Shown: one piece after another, positions 58,160 through 64,000 of the stretch
Layout of the letters: each line of letters starts with the position of its first letter
Position numbering within the stretch: the stretch's first letter is position 1
Origin: Candidatus Altimarinota bacterium
GTDB lineage: Bacteria; Patescibacteriota; Gracilibacteria; 1-14-2-50-48-13
Length of the DNA stretch: 64,000 bases
NCBI GenBank assembly: GCA_046314355.1
Contig: JBKBWQ010000001.1
Span: 320,001-384,000 of the forward strand
Reading direction: 5' to 3'
Notes under the pieces: generated by a model
What the model was told of the DNA's origin: nothing
Database searches by the model: none
What the model saw: only the letters and a program-made list of their open reading frames with translations
Position numbers and translations under genes: made by a program

Positions 58160-58711
58160 CTATCTTTCATCTAATAAAATTTGATAGAACAGCTGAGCAT
58201 TATTTTCTGACATTTGGAATATAATCTCATTTTCAAATTGTCCTTCAAATATTTGAATTTGCTTTAACCAGTCTTCTTCTGACATCTTTAAAAGCTGAGT
58301 ATGTCCTGAGTACCGTATAAAACCTTTGTTTTTTTCATTGAGAGAAATTAACTTTTCTCTTGCTTCCAGTTCTTTAAAATCCCCTTTAAGCCTGATAAGC
58401 TGAAAAGCTACTTGTTGTTCTTTGGCCATCATTTCAAGTTCCTTTATTATTGCTTCATTTTGTAGAGTTCCGACGATACAAACAGAGAGATCTGCTTCAA
58501 TAAAATTCTTTGTCAGTCCTAGAAGATTTTTGTACATACAGGTTCCTCGACCTTTATTTGTTTGTACTGTAAAGTGAAATGATAGATCGTTTGTATCAAT
58601 GAATGCATACTCAATATTTTCTTGAATAAATCTTTCTCTCACAAGTTGCATGAGTGAAGATTTTCCAGAAGAAGATGGTCCTCTTAATATAGTTATTTTT
58701 TTCATTGACAT
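58160..58711 (-). CDS. P-loop nucleotide-kinase-like protein (AAA_33-like)
   Basis: ILRGPSSSGKS Walker A; ELEARE lid-like motif. Confidence 0.7.
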   Translation of the reverse strand: MSMKKITILRGPSSSGKSSLMQLVRERFIQENIEYAFIDTNDLSFHFTVQTNKGRGTCMYKNLLGLTKNFIEADLSVCIVGTLQNEAIIKELEMMAKEQQVAFQLIRLKGDFKELEAREKLISLNEKNKGFIRYSGHTQLLKMSEEDWLKQIQIFEGQFENEIIFQMSENNAQLFYQILLDER

Positions 58712-58768
58712 TATTTTTTAATAGTGTATTTTTCTATACTATTCTAAACAAAAAAAGGAGAGAAAGAA

Positions 58769-59716
58769 ATGGTTCTTTCAAAATTAGCTCAGAAACAGGT
58801 TGCAGACTTTGGGTATCCTAACCTCATAAAAGGATGTCACAAATCATACTTTACTACGTCACAGATTGAAAGTTGGAAAGAGTGCATGTCTAGTACGACT
58901 ACCTGCATACCTTTCCCAAAAGGTTTATTGATAGAAAACAAAATAATTACTGAATTATTTCAATTCTTTGGAGGAAAGATATCAGAAAACGATGTACATA
59001 ATACTAAAATAACACAAGATATTTTAGTTGCTATGTTGTATGACCGTTCGGGATTAGTCAGTAATGATACACATCTGATTGATACAGCTGTCTATAATTA
59101 CATTGATAAATATGGAATGTTTCTAGGCGACGGAGCATATTTTAAATTTATGCCGCTTGGAATCCTCTTAGCGATAAGTAAAATTATCTATGATGAGACT
59201 ATTGCAGAGAAGATTCTTAAGCAGCTTTTGAAGATAGATGAAAGTATTATAGAAAGGTATAGAGAAGATGTGATGAATATTCTTTGTCTAAAAAATTCAA
59301 CCGAACTACAGCTAATAAAGGAGTTTGTTGATAAAATTATCTATAAACTTGATGCATTTGATCTTTGTCGTTTCTCAGGTAATGGTCCAAAGCGAGAGCT
59401 TACTGGACATAGATACTTGATGGATGCTGGAGAACTCTATAAATTAAAGAGTAACCCAGATGCTATACTTGAGTTTATTAAAACACCATACTCACCTAAA
59501 TATTTTAAAGAGAGTGTGAATTATGCAACTCTGTACTCTTGGCTGAGTGATCAAGAACTCTCTTTAGAAGAACTTGATACATTCCAAGCAACACGACCAT
59601 ACCAGATAGATACACGTCTTCTCTGGCACGATGGAAGACTTATGAGAGAGTACGAAGTAGATAAAAATTTTAAACAAGTTCTTGTGTATGAAAATCTTAA
59701 TATAAGAAATAAATAA
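58769..59716 (+). CDS. Hypothetical protein
   Basis: 315-aa ORF with AAGGAG SD and its own terminator; no recognised motif. Confidence 0.6.
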   Translation: MVLSKLAQKQVADFGYPNLIKGCHKSYFTTSQIESWKECMSSTTTCIPFPKGLLIENKIITELFQFFGGKISENDVHNTKITQDILVAMLYDRSGLVSNDTHLIDTAVYNYIDKYGMFLGDGAYFKFMPLGILLAISKIIYDETIAEKILKQLLKIDESIIERYREDVMNILCLKNSTELQLIKEFVDKIIYKLDAFDLCRFSGNGPKRELTGHRYLMDAGELYKLKSNPDAILEFIKTPYSPKYFKESVNYATLYSWLSDQELSLEELDTFQATRPYQIDTRLLWHDGRLMREYEVDKNFKQVLVYENLNIRNK

Positions 59717-59728
59717 TCACAAAAACGT

Positions 59729-59758
59729 AAGAGACTATAGTAACTATAGTCTCTTTTT
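59729..59758 (+). terminator. Intrinsic terminator
   Basis: AAGAGACTATAG-TAA-CTATAGTCTCTTTTT. Confidence 0.8.
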
Positions 59759-59853
59759 ATTTTGCCCATTATAAAAATACTATCTAATACTAATAAATGC
59801 ACTCATGTCAGAAGGGAAATGATCATCCGTACAAATATAATATTTGGAATATA

Positions 59854-60624
59854 CTATTCATTAGTATAATTTAAGCTATTTAGTATTCTCGCTATTTCCA
59901 TTTTTACAGTTTCATCATCTTTTACAGCTTTCTGATCTCCAGATTGTACTCCATAATTTCCAAACTGAGCATGATTCATACCTTTAATGACTACATCTTT
60001 TGCACTTAAAGGCAAATTTTTTCTGTTTTCAGAAAGTTTTTCCGGAGTCAGGATTCCATCCAGACTACCATGAATAGAAAGTACATTCAGAGGTGTAGTA
60101 GAAATATCACTTGCACAATAAGCTGCAAATAGCCAAAGTTCACTGATAACATCTGTGCGGTTTTTCACATACTCACAGCTCATGGATCCTCCCATAGAAT
60201 GACCACCAACTATCCATTTTTTTATCTCAGGATGATCGGCTATTACTTTGTCTGCCTGATTGATACTGAATAAAGCAAGGTTGAGAGGAGGTTTTGTAAT
60301 AAATACTTTCATATTTTCCGCCTGACCATTTGATAATCCGGAAAGCATATAAAAGTAAGCTTTTGGATCAACTTTTGCTCCAGGATAATAAATAAGACCA
60401 GTCTGCGGGTTGTTTGATACTAAAGAACCTGAACCGTTTGGCATTATCTCCCAGTAATCTGCCTTCTCAGTCACCGCAACACTACTTGCGGCATTATCTA
60501 AAACCATAGCAAGCTTCTCAGGATCAGCCTTGTAAATATCATTCGCCCAAATGAGAAAGACTATAATTAGGATTGCGAAAACGCTAATCAAGCCTATTCC
60601 TATTCGATATAATACTTTTTTCAT
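59854..60624 (-). CDS. Membrane-anchored alpha/beta hydrolase
   Basis: YPGAKVD, GGHSMGG, GSLDG, GMNHAQFGNYG. Confidence 0.9.
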   Translation of the reverse strand: MKKVLYRIGIGLISVFAILIIVFLIWANDIYKADPEKLAMVLDNAASSVAVTEKADYWEIMPNGSGSLVSNNPQTGLIYYPGAKVDPKAYFYMLSGLSNGQAENMKVFITKPPLNLALFSINQADKVIADHPEIKKWIVGGHSMGGSMSCEYVKNRTDVISELWLFAAYCASDISTTPLNVLSIHGSLDGILTPEKLSENRKNLPLSAKDVVIKGMNHAQFGNYGVQSGDQKAVKDDETVKMEIARILNSLNYTNE

Positions 60625-60655
60625 AAATGTGTTATTGAAGATAAAAGGTGTTCAT

Positions 60656-62794
60656 TTATTTTACGACAAATAATGTTGCTCCCATGGCTGGAAGGGAGTA
60701 ATTAATCTGATTATTTACTACAGTTATACTCTCAGCTGCTTTTATAGACAGTGAGGCTGATGTAAGCTGATATACATTTACCTGACTCATATTCTGTATA
60801 TTTTTGAACTTTGAACTTATACTCTGCGGACTGGAAGTTTTGTTTATGACTAGAAGATAATATTTATTACTACTATCACTAAATCCATATACTGAAAGAT
60901 CATGAGTATTCGGATTTGTAGCTAAGATAGAAGTAGTCCCTACTCTTGCACCTTTGCCGTCATAATTCAGAAACAGATCAAATGCTCCCTGAATATAACT
61001 ACTCTGATCAATCGTACTGAGCGGCCAATAATTTGCAGCGAATACACCATATTTTCCAAAGATCCCTAATACATCCGCCTGTGCAAGTGCTCCGGAGATG
61101 TGATTGGCTCCTCCATAATTATATTCAGTGAAAGACATTTTTGTTCCTGGGTATTTATTATCAATCTTACTCTTTATATAGGAGAGAAGATTTACAGGTT
61201 TATTCCCTAAATAATCCTTTGAAATCCAGCTGTCTTCCACATAAGTCTGATCCCACAGTGAGCGGGGAGCCTGAAGTCTTGCTTCGATTTCTCCTTTACT
61301 CTGATCAGCACCATTATTTTCAGTAATTCTTCGTCCACCACCTCGAGCTTCAGGATACCAGTGAAGATCCAATACATCCACTAACCTTTTTCCTGCCTGA
61401 TCTTCAGCAGTTTTCATAGCACTTAAAAAGTATTCTACATAGTTGCGTCCGTTCTTATCGGGAGCATCCTGTAGTGTTTCAAATTCATTGAAGCCGTAGG
61501 AAACTGCCCCAAATACTAACGTATCAGGCATGACGTCCTTGATCATCTTTGCAAATCTGATAGATCGTTCAGCAATCTCTTCATAAGTCACTTTCGCTGA
61601 ATGAACAAGAGGATGAGTAGAGGACCACAGTCCAGGCTCATTATCCAAGGAAATGAATATTTTTCTCCCCTGTGCCAACTGATCTTTGAAGGCAGCTTTC
61701 AGCCACTGCAGAAATAAATCCTGTCTCACTCCATTTGGATAAAAGCTATCCGGCTGAGCAAGATTTCTTATCCAGCGCTTATTGCTATCTAAGGCTTTAT
61801 CATAGACTAATCCATTCTTATCAGCAGAAACATAATCAACAATTGGAATTGTAATCAATGCATCAGCAGATTTTGCAAAGAACTTTAAGACTTGTTCTTT
61901 TACAGCCTGTCCTGGAGAAGTACTCTCGCTTAAATACCCGTCACTGGAATTCGGTCCCCAGTCCGTACCTGCATTGGAAGCATTATTGGTCCAGTTGTAG
62001 GCAGTCCAGCGGTTACCGCCAAGTCTAAATAAATTGCCCCCAGTCTCTAAAATATTGCTTCCATAAATATATGGAGAAATCTCTTTTCTGTCTTTAGTAG
62101 GATCCACTTCTATCACTAATCCTCCAGTTGGCACTGGATCGTTCACCACGGGATCAGAAGGTGAAATATTTTTTTGCAACATTATTCGATACATGAGTTC
62201 CGCAAGTTTTCCTCGGGTCATACCTTGAGCAGGGAAGACACGGTTACTTCCATCAGCATCAATGAGCTGATACCTCTTCGCGTACTGAAGATATTTTGCA
62301 AACCATGCGGACTGCTGATTCTGCACATCGGCATACATGTTTGCCTCTACGGCTATGTCATCAGTATTGATATTTGCAGAGATGAGAGCCATCTTTAGAT
62401 TCTCAACTAGAGCTACTGTCTGTGCAGGTTTAAAAGTACCATCATCATATCCTTTTATTATTCCCAGATTTTTTGCAGTGTTTAAGTAATCGCTGTACCA
62501 GGATCCAGCAGGAGTATCGCTGAATAACCAGCTGCCATTTGCATTTTGAATAGTAGTTTTATTTGCGAGTAGAATAATCTTGAGAGCTTCAACTCTATTT
62601 ACTGCATTACTTGGTTTGAAAGTGCCGTCAGAGTAGCCCTGGAGAATTCCTTTTTGTTCCAGGTATTCGATGGCTGTGTAATTTGGATGACTTGGGTAGA
62701 CGTCAGTGAAAGAAGCATTTACTGCGGATATATTTATTCCTGAAAAAATTATCAGAAATACTGCACCAAGTATTAGATTTTTAAAATATTTCAT
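60656..62794 (-). CDS. SLH-anchored glycoside hydrolase family 44
   Basis: Signal peptide; three SLH repeats; RLGGNRWTAYNW, LDNEPGLW, DLHWYPE, FTEYNYGG. Confidence 0.88.
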   Translation of the reverse strand: MKYFKNLILGAVFLIIFSGINISAVNASFTDVYPSHPNYTAIEYLEQKGILQGYSDGTFKPSNAVNRVEALKIILLANKTTIQNANGSWLFSDTPAGSWYSDYLNTAKNLGIIKGYDDGTFKPAQTVALVENLKMALISANINTDDIAVEANMYADVQNQQSAWFAKYLQYAKRYQLIDADGSNRVFPAQGMTRGKLAELMYRIMLQKNISPSDPVVNDPVPTGGLVIEVDPTKDRKEISPYIYGSNILETGGNLFRLGGNRWTAYNWTNNASNAGTDWGPNSSDGYLSESTSPGQAVKEQVLKFFAKSADALITIPIVDYVSADKNGLVYDKALDSNKRWIRNLAQPDSFYPNGVRQDLFLQWLKAAFKDQLAQGRKIFISLDNEPGLWSSTHPLVHSAKVTYEEIAERSIRFAKMIKDVMPDTLVFGAVSYGFNEFETLQDAPDKNGRNYVEYFLSAMKTAEDQAGKRLVDVLDLHWYPEARGGGRRITENNGADQSKGEIEARLQAPRSLWDQTYVEDSWISKDYLGNKPVNLLSYIKSKIDNKYPGTKMSFTEYNYGGANHISGALAQADVLGIFGKYGVFAANYWPLSTIDQSSYIQGAFDLFLNYDGKGARVGTTSILATNPNTHDLSVYGFSDSSNKYYLLVINKTSSPQSISSKFKNIQNMSQVNVYQLTSASLSIKAAESITVVNNQINYSLPAMGATLFVVK

Positions 62795-62814
62795 AATTCT
62801 AGGATTTAAGAATA

Positions 62815-64000
62815 CTAAAGATACTCCGCCAAAAACGTTTTCTTACTCTTCACCAACTCTGCCGGCGTCCCCTCAAACATTATATTACCACCCTTATCTC
62901 CACCTTCCGGACCAAGATCAATAATCCAGTCCGCTTGACGAATGATATCTACATTATGTTCAATGGTAATCACAGTATTTCCATCATCCACGAGACGATC
63001 GATAAGCTTATGAAGCCGGGTAATATCTGAAATGTGCAGTCCTGTAGTTGGTTCATCAAGGACATAGATACTTCCTTTTTTATGAAGTTCACTGGCGAGT
63101 TTAATACGCTGGCATTCACCTCCGGAAAGGGTACTGAGCGGCTGTCCAAGACTTAAATACTCAAGTCCCACATCATTGAGTGCCTGAAGTTTTTGTGCAA
63201 TTTCTTTTAAGTCAAAGAACTCATTTGCCTCAGACATAGTCATATCCAGGACTTCTGTAATATTTTTTCCATTATATTTGTAAGCCAGCACTTCATCCTT
63301 GAAACGTTTTCCTCCACAGACATCGCATGGCGTCTTTGCATCATCAAGAAACCCTAAATCCGTAGTCAAGAATCCAGCTCCCTTACAATTATCGCAGGCA
63401 CCTTTAGAATTGAAACTAAAAAGTCCTGCATCCACATTATTTTCCTTGGCAAAAGCCTTACGGATCACATCCATGATACCAATATATGTGGCAGGATTTG
63501 ATCTGCTGGAAGTCCCTACGGAGGACTGATCCACTACAATCGCATCAGGATGCTGCTTGAGAAATACTTTATGAATTAAAGAACTTTTACCTGAACCAGA
63601 GACTCCTGTCACTACAGTAAATACACCAGTAGGAATATCTACAGTTATATTCTGGAGATTATTCACATGAGCGTTTTTTACTGTAAGTTTTCCAGAAGGT
63701 TTCCGAACTTCTTTTTTGATCGGAGTCTGATCTTTTAAATGTTCTCCGGTAAGAGTTTTCGCTTTCAATAACTCAGAATACATACCTTCAAACACTATTT
63801 GACCACCTCCGACACCAGCCTTGGGTCCCACATCTACGATATGATCAGCAGCTTTGATAACGTCTGGATCATGTTCAACTACAATCACTGTATTTCCCAG
63901 ATCTCGAAGCTTCGCGAGGAGATCATTCAAGCGGTGCACATCACGGGGATGGAGTCCGATGCTTGGCTCGTCAAAGATATACATCACATCCACGAGACTT
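62815..64000 (-). CDS. uvrA: UvrA-family ABC ATPase (class 2/DrrC-like), 5' part outside the window
   Basis: DEPSIGLHP, GVSGSGKSS, FSFNSKGAC, LSGGECQR, DEPTTGLH. Confidence 0.9.
   Translation of the reverse strand, partial: SLVDVMYIFDEPSIGLHPRDVHRLNDLLAKLRDLGNTVIVVEHDPDVIKAADHIVDVGPKAGVGGGQIVFEGMYSELLKAKTLTGEHLKDQTPIKKEVRKPSGKLTVKNAHVNNLQNITVDIPTGVFTVVTGVSGSGKSSLIHKVFLKQHPDAIVVDQSSVGTSSRSNPATYIGIMDVIRKAFAKENNVDAGLFSFNSKGACDNCKGAGFLTTDLGFLDDAKTPCDVCGGKRFKDEVLAYKYNGKNITEVLDMTMSEANEFFDLKEIAQKLQALNDVGLEYLSLGQPLSTLSGGECQRIKLASELHKKGSIYVLDEPTTGLHISDITRLHKLIDRLVDDGNTVITIEHNVDIIRQADWIIDLGPEGGDKGGNIMFEGTPAELVKSKKTFLAEYL

Overview
AT-rich, gene-dense bacterial chromosome segment read with the standard code (long intact ORFs; TGA acts as stop). 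Several features point to a Patescibacteria/CPR organism of the Peregrinibacteria/Abawacabacteria type (inference only): a stand-alone ComEC MBL domain, sortase, SLH-anchored proteins, CPR-type hypotheticals and no Shine-Dalgarno sites on core genes. Most of the window is housekeeping: xer recombinase, tsaC, dtd, dut, ahpC, nth, rsmE, rplI, secG, rel, mutS, pyrG, recO, ftsX, galU, recA/recX, rRNA methyltransferases and tRNA-Met. There is a surface-protein block at about 11-24 kb and a stress/repair accessory block at about 50-64 kb (ada/ogt, alkB, NUDIX, PNKP-type phosphatase, SLH-GH44, UvrA2). No CRISPR array, transposase or prophage is visible. The main unexplained signals are: (1) a foreign-looking cassette at 17.1-21.2 kb with two paralogous lipoproteins, a beta-barrel-like protein, SD sites on two of the three genes, and a ~245-nt structured leader with an exact boxA match; (2) a ~95-bp nested palindrome present twice with compensatory changes, each copy directly behind a stress gene; (3) a perfect (TACT)20 tract abutting the xer promoter; (4) an apparent preference for 16-bp promoter spacers; (5) a hydrolase-degenerate Rel plus a separate intact HD hydrolase; (6) a 16x SIYGTN repeat at the tip of a ~1850-aa SLH protein; (7) a metallothionein-like tail on the peroxiredoxin.
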